Below are positions 55,178 to 64,000 of a stretch of DNA of 64,000 nucleotides, one piece after another (positions within the stretch are counted from its first letter, which is position 1; every line of letters starts with the position of its first letter). The position numbers and the translations under genes were made by a program. This DNA is from a virus (taxonomy: Duplodnaviria > Caudoviricetes): the IMG/VR virus record IMGVR_UViG_3300011435_000001, positions 8,648 through 72,647 of that record; one strand, written 5' to 3'. The notes beneath the pieces are model-generated. The model saw nothing but the letters and a program-made list of their open reading frames with translations, did no database searches and was not told where the DNA came from.

Positions 55178-56004
55178 ACACTACGCTTCACGAAGGCAAG
55201 CAAGTTGAAATTCTTCTCCCGTGGTATCGCGAGGTCGCGCCTCAAGTTGCTTTCAGTGTCATGCGTCTCATGGACAAGGGGCGCATTGGTGTCCGCGCTC
55301 GTTGGGGTGACGCGTGCATTTATCACGTTCGCAACGTGCTGGCGGAGGAGTTTCTCCGCTCTGGCGTCGAGTGGAGCTTTTGGGTGGACGGCGACGAGAT
55401 TCTTCCTACGGGCGACGCGAAACTTCACAACGCCCTTACTCAACAGTCTCTTCCTGATGATTTCGCCGGGCTCAATGTCTTGGACCGACTTCTGTCTCAC
55501 GGTAAAACTCTCGTGGGTGGCGTTTATTGGGGCCGCAGTCCGAACAGTAAACCGATTTACGCGGAGGCGATGACCAGCGTGAAGGAGGACGCCTACGCGC
55601 GCAAGGGTCCCTACAATCTCGTCAAGCCCACGGCGTGGATTGGCTTCGGTGCCGTTCTGGTCCACCGCTCGGTTTTCCTCGACATCGAAAAGCGCTATCC
55701 TCACTTGGGGCGCAAGGAGGACGGCACGGGCGGCAATTGGTTTTCTCCGAACGAGCAAGACATCCGCCGCAACTTTGACACCTTCGGGGACATCCTCAAG
55801 GAGGGCTGCGACTCGACCACCAAGCTAGCCAAGCTCCAAGCGCACTACGACACCGCCGTCCGCCAGAGCGCGCGCTTGCCCGTGGGCGCGGGCGAGGACG
55901 TTTCGTTTTGCCAGCGGGCCGCGGACTGTGGTCACGTTCCTCACGTCGACATGGCGCTGTATTGCGGACATTTGGGAGATAGATGTTATGGCAGGCTCAC
56001 ATGA
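55174..56004 (+). CDS. GT2-like glycosyltransferase
   Basis: RNVLA, FWVDGD (DxD), GFGAVLVHRSVF, GEDVSFC, CGHLG. Confidence 0.8.
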   Translation: MNTTLHEGKQVEILLPWYREVAPQVAFSVMRLMDKGRIGVRARWGDACIYHVRNVLAEEFLRSGVEWSFWVDGDEILPTGDAKLHNALTQQSLPDDFAGLNVLDRLLSHGKTLVGGVYWGRSPNSKPIYAEAMTSVKEDAYARKGPYNLVKPTAWIGFGAVLVHRSVFLDIEKRYPHLGRKEDGTGGNWFSPNEQDIRRNFDTFGDILKEGCDSTTKLAKLQAHYDTAVRQSARLPVGAGEDVSFCQRAADCGHVPHVDMALYCGHLGDRCYGRLT

Positions 56005-56738
56005 ACAAAATTCTGCTCGCGCTCCAGTTTTGGGAAAAAGACAAGGCCGACGCGATGCGGAACGCGCGGTTCGTCGCGGACCTTGAGGCGCGGCACTCCG
56101 ACCTCGCTGACTTCCTTTTCTGCGCCCGCTTCGACTGCACGCATGACGCGGCGACGGTTGCGCACGTCAGCAAAAAGTTCAACACGTTCACCTTCATCAA
56201 CAAGAACCGGCGCGCGGAGGGCTGGCCATTCGGCTGCAACGAACTTTTTTACGGCATGGTTGACCACGTCTACACGCAGATTGAGGCAAAGAAAATGCCC
56301 CAGTATAAGGCTGTGCTCGCGTTCGAGGCAGACGGAAACCCGATGGCACCTGACTGGATTTCCCGGCTGCATTCCGAGTGGGACAAGTTTCACGCCAAGG
56401 GGGCGAACATGGTGGGCGCGCTGATTCCGCCGGGTCCGCCGGAGACGGGCGGCAAGCACATCAACGGCAACTGCATGATTTCCGCCGAGCGCGAGTATCT
56501 GCACTGGATTGCCCGCAAGATTGGCGGCTGTCGCCCGACGGCGGGTTGGGATTGGGTTGGCGCGCCGCTATTCCAAAAGGCGGGCTGGGCGAATTGTCCG
56601 GGGATGCGCTCTTTCTGGCGCTCTCCCGCGATGCCCGCGCACGTCTTTGACCGGTTGCGGGCGGAGGGTGTCTTCTTCGTGCATGGGGTCAAGGACTCCT
56701 CGATAATTGACCTCGTGCGGTCTCACATGGTAGGGTAG
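56001..56738 (+). CDS. Putative GT-A glycosyltransferase-like protein
   Basis: FEAD, HINGN, C-terminal FVHGVKD; adjacent to the GT2-like gene. Confidence 0.55.
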   Translation: MNKILLALQFWEKDKADAMRNARFVADLEARHSDLADFLFCARFDCTHDAATVAHVSKKFNTFTFINKNRRAEGWPFGCNELFYGMVDHVYTQIEAKKMPQYKAVLAFEADGNPMAPDWISRLHSEWDKFHAKGANMVGALIPPGPPETGGKHINGNCMISAEREYLHWIARKIGGCRPTAGWDWVGAPLFQKAGWANCPGMRSFWRSPAMPAHVFDRLRAEGVFFVHGVKDSSIIDLVRSHMVG

Positions 56739-56771
56739 GGCCACTGGGACTCCCACTCCGCAAATCCCGGG

Positions 56772-56799
56772 TTGACAAACCCGTAGTTTCTCACATTCT
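56772..56799 (+). promoter_or_regulatory. Promoter for the major capsid gene
   Basis: TTGACA-16 nt-CATTCT, about 165 nt upstream of the start codon. Confidence 0.55.
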
Positions 56800-56968
56800 A
56801 TTTCCCGACCTACCGTTGCCCGGTCAGCGACACAGAGTCTAATCCCTTGGTGACTCGCAAGGCGGACGTTCGGCCTCCCCGTAAAGGCTGAAAAGAAGCT
56901 CCACGCTTCAACACCGTGGAATTGTGAGAAAACCAGTCCCGAAAAGGGACAAAGAAAGATAAACTACT

Positions 56969-58249
56969 GTGGGAGACTGCATTACACCGGCACAAATTTC
57001 TGATATTGCCCAGAAGGATACCCAGCGCTTGGTAGGCGCTATCGCTAAGACGTTGGCTGCCAACGCCCCGTTCATGAATGTTATTTCGGGCGGAGTTTTT
57101 CCGTCCGGCACTTCTGACGAAATCCGCACCAGCGTCCAGCTCCAAGCTGCGCCCGGCGACTCTCTGGCTCTGCCCGAGTTCGTCTGCGACACCGACCTCT
57201 GTGGGACTCAAGGCCATCAGGACTTGACGGACGCCATCAACTTCGTCGTGAAGCTCGAATCGAAACGTGGTTTCGGTCCGCGCGTCTGCGTGAAGAAAGG
57301 CTACTCTGCCTTCAAGACCAGCTACCTCGCCTCTGAGGACTCGCTGAAGAAACTCGTCACGCAGTATATCAACTCCGACATCCGCGCTCAGCTTTACCTG
57401 CGCTCGGCCTCGAAGTTCACTGCTGTTGCCGGTTACGATTTCAACTCGCTGTTCACCGGCGGGACTGAGACCGACATCGGTGTGAAGTTCGCGCCCATCC
57501 TGCCCACCGGCCCGATGAGCTTCAAGGCTCTTCACTACATCGCCCGCTACATCAAGGAGAACTTGTTCGCCGAGATGTTCGACGCTGGCGACAAGGGCAG
57601 CCCGCACTTCCGGGTCATCGCCTCCGCCGACCAGATTGAGCTTTTCCGAGCTGAATCCGGCGTCAAGGACGTCCTCCAGAGCTACGTCACCGGTGGCTAC
57701 AAGCAGGGAGAACTCTCCCTCGCTGGCTACTCGTGGGAAACCGCTCCCGCCTACCGCGGCCTCGCCTTCGGTATCGACCAGCGTCCTCTGCGCGCCACAG
57801 GCTTCAAGGCCAACGGCACGCTGAACCTCGTCGACCCCGTGACGATTGTCACGAACGCGACCCGCAACACCGCTTACGCCAAGCCGAATCCGAGCTGGCT
57901 CACTGCCGACTACGAGGTTTTGTTCCTCTTGGCCGACATGTCCTTCGAGCGTCTCGTCCCCGAGCGCTACGTCGGTGAAGGCTCGTTCAAGTTCGCGCCC
58001 CAGCTCTACATGGGCGAACTCGAGTGGCACTACCAAATCGACAACGACTGCAACGTCTACGGCGATTTCGGTTGGCACAAATACCAAATCATCCGCGCCT
58101 ACAAGCCGATTCGGCCCCAGTTCGTGGTCCCGATTCTGTATCGGCGCTGCACCGCTGACCTCGGCCTGCCCGACTGCGCTGTTCCGTCCAGCTCCAGCTA
58201 CACTGGTTCTGACGCGTTCACCACGGTTGGTGTGACCTGCGAAGCCTAA
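56969..58249 (+). CDS. Major capsid protein
   Basis: 426 aa after the scaffold; strongly biased codon usage; own promoter and a strong downstream hairpin; GTG start. Confidence 0.8.
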   Translation: MGDCITPAQISDIAQKDTQRLVGAIAKTLAANAPFMNVISGGVFPSGTSDEIRTSVQLQAAPGDSLALPEFVCDTDLCGTQGHQDLTDAINFVVKLESKRGFGPRVCVKKGYSAFKTSYLASEDSLKKLVTQYINSDIRAQLYLRSASKFTAVAGYDFNSLFTGGTETDIGVKFAPILPTGPMSFKALHYIARYIKENLFAEMFDAGDKGSPHFRVIASADQIELFRAESGVKDVLQSYVTGGYKQGELSLAGYSWETAPAYRGLAFGIDQRPLRATGFKANGTLNLVDPVTIVTNATRNTAYAKPNPSWLTADYEVLFLLADMSFERLVPERYVGEGSFKFAPQLYMGELEWHYQIDNDCNVYGDFGWHKYQIIRAYKPIRPQFVVPILYRRCTADLGLPDCAVPSSSSYTGSDAFTTVGVTCEA

Positions 58250-58260
58250 GCTTCAGCATC

Positions 58261-58312
58261 GGGGCTGTAACAAATTCTGCACAGTTTTTGTTACAGCCCC
58301 AACTCCTTTTTC
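58261..58312 (+). terminator. Strong hairpin/terminator after the capsid gene
   Basis: 14-bp stem GGGGCTGTAACAAA/TTTGTTACAGCCCC. Confidence 0.7.
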
Positions 58313-58314
58313 TT

Positions 58315-58521
58315 ATGGCTGAATTCGTTGAACACGGACTGCATGACCAAGAATGGCCGACGCTGGCGAAAGCCGCGAACGACCTTTTCTCGCTCGGCCT
58401 GTCCCCCTACAATGACCCGAAAGACGTCCTTGTAGCCATCCTCGACTCTGTCGGCACGGACGCAAAAAACACCGAGACCCTCGACAGCTTGCTCGTCAAG
58501 CTTCTCGCGCACGTCTCGTAA
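58315..58521 (+). CDS. Small virion-associated protein
   Basis: Degenerate copies of the P..D...LL.K module. Confidence 0.65.
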   Translation: MAEFVEHGLHDQEWPTLAKAANDLFSLGLSPYNDPKDVLVAILDSVGTDAKNTETLDSLLVKLLAHVS

Positions 58522-58568
58522 ACACTGTCGGTGTTGCTTTGCACGCAGCAACGCCGGTTCGTAGGAGA

Positions 58569-58599
58569 GGGTTGCGGACACACTCCGCAGCCCTTTTTT
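58569..58599 (+). terminator. Intrinsic terminator
   Basis: GGGTTGCGGA/TCCGCAGCCC followed by TTTTTT. Confidence 0.75.
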
Positions 58600-58641
58600 G
58601 TTCGTTGACGGAAGTAAATCACTCGGACTTATTAAGAGAAT

Positions 58642-58887
58642 ATGTTCACTGACCCGAGGCCCATCTGGGGAGACGAGAACAACGTCCTCCTTCAGAAAAT
58701 CGCGTCACTGCTGACCCCTGATATGTTTGCTGACACTGCACCGAAGCTGGGAGACACGGACAACAACCTGTTGTTCAAAATCTGCCAGAGGCTCAACACC
58801 GACAACTCCGGGAACTTCCCGCCGAGTCTGGGTGACACGGACAACAACCTGCTGTTCAAAATCGCGCGGCTCCTGAACGGCGAATAA
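58642..58887 (+). CDS. Protein made of three (L/W)GD(T/E)(D/N)N(N/V)LL(F/Q)KI repeats
   Basis: Three repeats visible in both protein and DNA. Confidence 0.8.
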   Translation: MFTDPRPIWGDENNVLLQKIASLLTPDMFADTAPKLGDTDNNLLFKICQRLNTDNSGNFPPSLGDTDNNLLFKIARLLNGE

Positions 58888-58889
58888 CC

Positions 58890-59924
58890 ATGTATTCCGA
58901 CGCCTCACCCAAACTCGGGGATACCGACAACGTCCTGCTTTTTAAAATCGCGCAGGGCATCAACGCGGGCGTGAGCGGCATCACGCAAGCCGCCGCCGAC
59001 GCGCGCTACGTGTTCAAGGCGGGCGACGACATGACCGGGGCGCTGAACATCGCAACCTCCGCTGACGAGCCGCAGCTTAAGCTCACGGTCTCCCCGGGCC
59101 AGACCACGGAGGCTTTTCAGGTTTTTGCCTCGGACGGAGTGACACAGGTTTTCGGAATCAACTTCTCTGGCACCACGAACATTATCCGGCATCAGGCCGA
59201 CGCCTCGGGCGCGTCGTGGAATCGTTTCAAGCGAGGCACCGTCGGCGACGCCGACTCGGTGGTCCTCTTGGGCGAACAGATTGCGCAGGACAATTATCAG
59301 GGGTGGACGGGCGCCGCCTACGGAATCGGAGGTCAGTTCCTCTGCCGCGCGCGGGAAAACTTTGCGGCTGCCGCTCTCGGCACCCAGTTTGATTTTCGTG
59401 CGTGCGCCATTGGCTCGGCCTCGTTGGAGGACGTGCTGGTGCTCTCGACCACGTCGCACAATCTCGTCACTGGTGACTACTACCTCCGCGGAAATCCTCT
59501 GCTCCACAACACCGTTGCCTACGGGTCCGGCACGGTCTACACGCTGACCGCGACCTCGGCAGCCGTCGACTTCGGAACTGTCGACCCCATCATTACGCTG
59601 ACGGCGACGGGCACGTATCGCCTGCGTGGGCGTGTGAAGGTCAATCTCAACGGCGCGACGTTCGCCGCGAACCGCACGCTGACCATCAAGCTGCGCCGGA
59701 CGAACAACACCCCCGCGGACGTAGCGGGCTCGGCGACGACGTGGACGGTTCCCATCGTGACGACTCTCACCAACACACTCGCGGTCATCGAGCTGCCAGA
59801 GACTTTTTACACGACCGCAGTCGCAACCGACACCATTCAAATTTTCGCGGACATCAGTGTGCTTCCATCGGCGGGGACAATCTCCATCGACGAAGCCAGC
59901 GTGTCCGCCATCCGGGTAAGTTAA
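58890..59924 (+). CDS. Head/tail fibre-like virion protein
   Basis: N-terminal LGDTDNVLLFKI module, AADARYV..AGDDMTG fibre motif, Thr/Ala-rich beta-type C-terminus. Confidence 0.7.
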   Translation: MYSDASPKLGDTDNVLLFKIAQGINAGVSGITQAAADARYVFKAGDDMTGALNIATSADEPQLKLTVSPGQTTEAFQVFASDGVTQVFGINFSGTTNIIRHQADASGASWNRFKRGTVGDADSVVLLGEQIAQDNYQGWTGAAYGIGGQFLCRARENFAAAALGTQFDFRACAIGSASLEDVLVLSTTSHNLVTGDYYLRGNPLLHNTVAYGSGTVYTLTATSAAVDFGTVDPIITLTATGTYRLRGRVKVNLNGATFAANRTLTIKLRRTNNTPADVAGSATTWTVPIVTTLTNTLAVIELPETFYTTAVATDTIQIFADISVLPSAGTISIDEASVSAIRVS

Positions 59925-60109
59925 TGCAAATTCCAGACAACATCAAAGTGAGCGCGGCCAGTTTCGTCGGCGTGGTGACGCCCAGCGCAAACATTTTCCT
60001 CGACGGCGTCGAGCCTGCGCTCAAGGTTCTCCTGCTCCTCGCGCAGATTGCGGTCGCAGTTACTTCCGCCCTCTACGTTTACTCGAAGTGGAAGAAAAAC
60101 CGAAAGTAA
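59924..60109 (+). CDS. Small membrane protein (holin-like)
   Basis: Hydrophobic segments and a basic C-terminus KWKKNRK. Confidence 0.5.
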   Translation: MQIPDNIKVSAASFVGVVTPSANIFLDGVEPALKVLLLLAQIAVAVTSALYVYSKWKKNRK

Positions 60110-60113
60110 TCAT

Positions 60114-60980
60114 ATGCCCACGAACCCTTTTAATGAGTATCCGATTAACCTTGGCCGAGTTCTGGCTCTGGCATACGGAATCGACGCACGCCCTTACGAC
60201 ACCGAGCTGCAACTTTGGGTCAAGGTGGCGGAGTCCCTTGGCGCCTCCGTCACGCCGTATGATGACCTCGACGCAGTGCTGAGCAGAATCGCTGATGCGG
60301 GGGGTGCGACGCCCTGTCCTCCGTGCCCCCCATGCCCCGCACAAGTCATCTCCGCAGAACCGACAACGGAAGCATTCTTGTCTCAGGTCGAGTTCCAGCC
60401 CTCTAACTGGCAGAATGCTCCGATGTCGGGAGTCACGTCGGTGACAATCAGAGTCGAGAACTACCTTTCCAACATGGATTGGGAGGACTGCCCCGATTTA
60501 ATCTCCCTGTCACTCCCAGAATTGGTCACGTTTGGTGATGGGGTTAAAGAGTGCATGTTTGTTATCGTTGACTTGCCTAATTTCACGACCTTATCAGTTC
60601 CGAACCTGCAAACCTTTGACGGGGGGATTCCCGGGTCTGGAGTCCTAATAATCGACTCTTGCGCCGCTTTGACCAGCCTCTCGTTTCCCGCTCTAGTGTC
60701 CTTCTCATCTGGTTTTCGGGTAACAGATAACCCCTCTCTCACCTCGGTCTCTTTGCCGGTGTGGGTTCCGTCTGTGAACTGCAACGCCGATTTTTCGCTC
60801 AACGCGCTCACTCAATCTGCCGTCGACCACATCTTGGCCCGGCATGTTGCGAGCCCGGCTTGGGGGAGTAATGGAGAAGCGCTGGATTTATCGGGCGGGA
60901 CAAACTCGGCACCGGGGGCGCAAGGACTTTTGGATGTTGCGACCCTGACTGGTCGAGGTGCCGCAGTGGACACGAACTAA
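60114..60980 (+). CDS. Virion protein with leucine-rich (L-domain-like) repeats
   Basis: LISLSLPEL, FTTLSVPNL, LTSLSFPAL, LTSVSLP; N-terminal PYD module. Confidence 0.7.
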   Translation: MPTNPFNEYPINLGRVLALAYGIDARPYDTELQLWVKVAESLGASVTPYDDLDAVLSRIADAGGATPCPPCPPCPAQVISAEPTTEAFLSQVEFQPSNWQNAPMSGVTSVTIRVENYLSNMDWEDCPDLISLSLPELVTFGDGVKECMFVIVDLPNFTTLSVPNLQTFDGGIPGSGVLIIDSCAALTSLSFPALVSFSSGFRVTDNPSLTSVSLPVWVPSVNCNADFSLNALTQSAVDHILARHVASPAWGSNGEALDLSGGTNSAPGAQGLLDVATLTGRGAAVDTN

Positions 60981-60987
60981 GATTTAT

Positions 60988-61188
60988 ATGAGGAAACAAA
61001 AGTTATCAGGCCTCGCGAACTTTCTAGCCGCGGTGGAAGCGGGCGGCCCATCTGGTATTTCAGACTCCAATCTTCGGGAGCATATCCCGCAGGTGTCTTT
61101 CCTTGGGCGAAGACTTGTTCTAGACGTGCTGGAAGCAGCGGGCGCGATTTCTCGTGACGGCACAACTGTCCGAAATATCCAGCGATGA
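60988..61188 (+). CDS. Small hypothetical protein
   Basis: ATGA coupling to the next gene. Confidence 0.45.
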   Translation: MRKQKLSGLANFLAAVEAGGPSGISDSNLREHIPQVSFLGRRLVLDVLEAAGAISRDGTTVRNIQR

Positions 61189-61724
61189 AACCACTTCTCG
61201 CCTCCATCCTCGCTGTCGTCCTCCTGACCGGATGCACAATGCCGCTCAAGCCCGGCAAGTCTTCCGTCATCACAAACCACGGTCAGGTGACGGTCCAGCA
61301 ATCCGAGAATCCGAAAGCCGAGACGGTTCAGGACTACAAGCGCACCACGGACAAAAACGGCGTCGTGACCGAAGAGGTCCACACCGTTATTGGCGCGGCG
61401 CAGAAAGACGTGGCTCGCGAGATGGCCGCCAAGCTCGGCTCACTCCGCCCTGTCATGTGGGTCGGCATCCTCGTGTTACTTTTCGGCATCGCGAGCTTCC
61501 ACCCTTACCTGCGCGCCATCGTGGGAAGCGTCACGACCAGCGTCATCATCGTCGTAGCGGGCCTCGGCATGATTGTGCTGCCCTCGGTCATCGTGGGAAA
61601 CGAAATTTTAATCTTGGGCGCGGGCGTCGGAGCAATCGTGCTCTACTGGTTCTCGCACCGTCACGGAAAACTTCAAGGTCTGGTTGACGCCAACAAAGAC
61701 GGCATCGACGACCGAAAGCAATAA
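61185..61724 (+). CDS. Lipoprotein with three C-terminal TM segments (lysis/spanin-like?)
   Basis: Lipobox LLTGC, hydrophobic helices, DANKDG tail. Confidence 0.65.
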   Translation: MKPLLASILAVVLLTGCTMPLKPGKSSVITNHGQVTVQQSENPKAETVQDYKRTTDKNGVVTEEVHTVIGAAQKDVAREMAAKLGSLRPVMWVGILVLLFGIASFHPYLRAIVGSVTTSVIIVVAGLGMIVLPSVIVGNEILILGAGVGAIVLYWFSHRHGKLQGLVDANKDGIDDRKQ

Positions 61725-62834
61725 ATGAGCTGCAACTCTTGCAATCAATCTAGCTGCTCCGGGGGATGCACGAATCGCTGCACGCCCTGCAACACCGACT
61801 GCGACGCGAACAGCGCCGCGTGCGAGACGTTGCCGAGCGCGCTGCAAAACTTCATCACCTCCTTTTACGGTCCCGGCTTAATCAAGACGGAGGTTGACGG
61901 CGTGGTTGAGTGGGTGCTGCCCTGCGACCTCGACACCGGAATCCCGGGAAACCCCAAGGGTGACGACGAAGGTCTCGCCTGCTACTTCAAGCGGCTTTTC
62001 GAAGACGGTCTAGTCGGGCTGCTCGGTCCGAAGGGTGACACGGGCGCAACCGGAGAAGCTGGTCGCAACGCCTACACGGTGGCGACCTCCGCGTTCGTTC
62101 CGGCTACCATCGCCGGTCAAACGGTGCAGTTCAGCATCATCCCGAGTCCGGTTGTCTCGGAGGGCCAAACGATTTTCATCCCCGGCTCCGGCTGGTATCT
62201 CATCACGGAAGTTTTCCAGTCCTCGGTAATCTTCGCGCAACTGCTCGAGTCAATCCCGACGCCGCTCGCGCTCATCCCGCCCGGCACGTTGGTCCTGCCC
62301 ACGGGGCCGCGGGGTCTGAGCATCACCGGGCCGCAAGGTCTGCAAGGCGTGAAGGGTGACACGGGCGCAACTGGCGCAACCGGGGCGACTGGTTCAACAG
62401 GCGCGACGGGAGCAGTCGGGCCAGCGGGAGCCACTGCCACGAACACAAACGCGGCGGTCATCCCCACGGGCGCCGATTACGAGCTGACGAACGCCTACGC
62501 GCACGTCGTCTTCGGAACGGACGAGCTGGACACACCGCTCGCCACGGCAGGCACGTATCTTTTTCACGTCACGCTTTTCTGTAACAACGCTTCAGGCGCA
62601 CCGAAACAGTGGTCCCTCAAGCTGGTGAACCAGAGCACGGCGACGGACATCGACGACTCGCAGTTCAGCATTGAAATTCCGACCACCTCAGTCACCAACA
62701 TCACTTGGCCAGTTCTGCTGACCACGTCCGTGGACGGTCACGTCATCGAGGTCCAAGCGCTCTCTTCAGTAGGCGGCGCCACGGAAACCATCGTCGCACT
62801 CGACTCTCGCATCGTATATGTCAAATTGTCGTAA
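61725..62834 (+). CDS. Collagen-like fibre protein with a Cys-rich N-terminus
   Basis: G-X-Y runs ([13 protein letters not shown]; [19 protein letters not shown]). Confidence 0.8.
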   Translation: MSCNSCNQSSCSGGCTNRCTPCNTDCDANSAACETLPSALQNFITSFYGPGLIKTEVDGVVEWVLPCDLDTGIPGNPKGDDEGLACYFKRLFEDGLVGLLGPKGDTGATGEAGRNAYTVATSAFVPATIAGQTVQFSIIPSPVVSEGQTIFIPGSGWYLITEVFQSSVIFAQLLESIPTPLALIPPGTLVLPTGPRGLSITGPQGLQGVKGDTGATGATGATGSTGATGAVGPAGATATNTNAAVIPTGADYELTNAYAHVVFGTDELDTPLATAGTYLFHVTLFCNNASGAPKQWSLKLVNQSTATDIDDSQFSIEIPTTSVTNITWPVLLTTSVDGHVIEVQALSSVGGATETIVALDSRIVYVKLS

Positions 62835-63051
62835 CCAGAACCCGGTCATCCGGGATTCAGCTCTCGGCGACTGCTGCCCAAAGGCGGCGGGCACGAAGCG
62901 TCTCGACAAGGTGCCTCGCACACTGCCGCGACGCACGCACAGCACTGCTTGTGAAAGCGTGTTGCAGGACGAGGCCGGATTCGCCATTCTGGACGAGGTG
63001 TCCGGAGGTTTCATCCACGACGATTTAATGCAAAACCCCGAGTGCCCATGA
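62818..63051 (+). CDS. Small hypothetical virion protein
   Basis: Overlap coupling on both sides. Confidence 0.55.
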   Translation: MSNCRNQNPVIRDSALGDCCPKAAGTKRLDKVPRTLPRRTHSTACESVLQDEAGFAILDEVSGGFIHDDLMQNPECP

Positions 63052-64000
63052 GCAAAGTTTCAGACTACATCGAAGCAACAGAGTCCGTGACGCCAAACGG
63101 CGGATGGCTTTTCATCGCCGAGCTGCAAGACGACGGCTCCTACATCACGAAGAAAATTGCCCCGCATAACGTGGGCGCAGTCGGTCCTTCGGGCCAGCAG
63201 GGTATTCCCGGAGCCGACGGCGCACCCGGAGCAGCCGGAGCTAATGGAGCCGACGGCACGAACGGCACGAACGGCACCAACGGCACCAACGGCACCAACG
63301 GCACCAACGGCGACAACGCCGAGATGACGCGCTCCTCGACGGACTCCGAATCGGTCGGGACGGGCTCCAAGACTTTCGACTACACGGTGGCAGCCACCAA
63401 CCTCGGCTGGGCCATCGGCACGAGGCTGCGCGCCGCGAGCGCGGGCACCCCGGCGAACTACATCGAGGGCCTCGTAACCGCGGTGAGCAATACGCAGGTG
63501 ACAATCAACTCCGACAACTTCGGAGGCGCGGGCTCGAGTTCGGACTGGAACATTTCAATCGCCGGAGACAAGGGTGCGACGGGCGCAACTGGTGCAACGG
63601 GCGCGACAGGTGCCGCGGGTGAATCCTCGGACTGGCTCGACACTCGGGAAACAATCTGGGCGGGCACGCGCGGCGCATCAACTTTTGTTGGCGACAGCTA
63701 CACCGTTACGACCGTGGCGGACTACACGCCGACCGCAGACATCATGGTCGGGGCGGACTTCCCGTCAGGCGGCGGAGGTGGCGGACGCGTCGGGTTGATT
63801 TCAACTCTCAACTACCCGTTTGGTTGTCGGTTCCAACATTTCACGATTATCAACGTCCCTCAGTCAGTGACCGAGCGCATTTGGATTACGATGACTTCGG
63901 ACACTTCGTCAACCGCGAGCACGATGGCCAACAGCGACACTCCCGCCTTGAGCTACGTGGGTTTTCGCTACTCGACTTCCGTTCCGGACGCCGGGTGGAC
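63048..64000 (+). CDS. Collagen-like fibre protein, 3'-truncated
   Basis: Open from MSKVSDYIE to the window end, with G-X-Y runs; absent from the ORF track because no stop lies in the window. Confidence 0.8.
   Translation, partial: MSKVSDYIEATESVTPNGGWLFIAELQDDGSYITKKIAPHNVGAVGPSGQQGIPGADGAPGAAGANGADGTNGTNGTNGTNGTNGTNGDNAEMTRSSTDSESVGTGSKTFDYTVAATNLGWAIGTRLRAASAGTPANYIEGLVTAVSNTQVTINSDNFGGAGSSSDWNISIAGDKGATGATGATGATGAAGESSDWLDTRETIWAGTRGASTFVGDSYTVTTVADYTPTADIMVGADFPSGGGGGGRVGLISTLNYPFGCRFQHFTIINVPQSVTERIWITMTSDTSSTASTMANSDTPALSYVGFRYSTSVPDAGW
63253..63306 (+). repeat. 9-bp tandem repeat ACGGCAC(G/C)A x6 encoding (GTN)n
   Basis: Read directly from the sequence. Confidence 0.9.

Noticed and set aside
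56821-56890. c-di-GMP-I riboswitch in the capsid leader
   Set aside because: Only a loose GCAA(G)GC...GGCCT resemblance; the GNRA/receptor arrangement is missing
58890-64000. Diversity-generating retroelement or invertible fibre cassette
   Set aside because: No reverse transcriptase, no TR/VR pair and no flanking inverted repeats; the repeats seen are collagen-coding

Overview
The window is most of a tailed dsDNA bacteriophage genome (GC-rich, densely coded, circularly permuted relative to the window). It has three blocks. (i) 1-10267 (+): the end of the virion module, dominated by a 3031-aa polyvalent internal-virion-like protein. (ii) 10239-39781 (-): an early/replication arm with a UvrD helicase, many small genes that each carry their own promoter, an ncRNA/tRNA operon, gmd, a metallophosphoesterase, a RuvC-like resolvase, a GGQ release-factor-like protein, a sigma-70 factor, primase-helicase, PolA, SSB, a PD-(D/E)XK nuclease, RNA ligase, an SF2 helicase, an HD protein and a dNMP kinase. 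(iii) 40100-64000 (+): a possible terminase small subunit, a serine recombinase, a tRNA-CAT followed by a structured RNA, a sulfotransferase, an SDR epimerase, glycosyltransferase-like genes, terminase, portal, scaffold, major capsid and fibre genes. The strongest leads are a dispersed sugar-synthesis, transfer, sulfation and pyruvylation gene set partly embedded in the head module (a candidate virion-glycan system), a promoter-driven operon of non-canonical tRNA-like RNAs, a pseudoknot-rich RNA behind the tRNA-CAT, the FS-delimited polyvalent protein, and a repeated leaderless promoter cassette. All assignments come from motif recognition and manual base-pairing; no database search was run and the host cannot be determined. 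Several CDS starts were moved downstream of the ORF-track starts.
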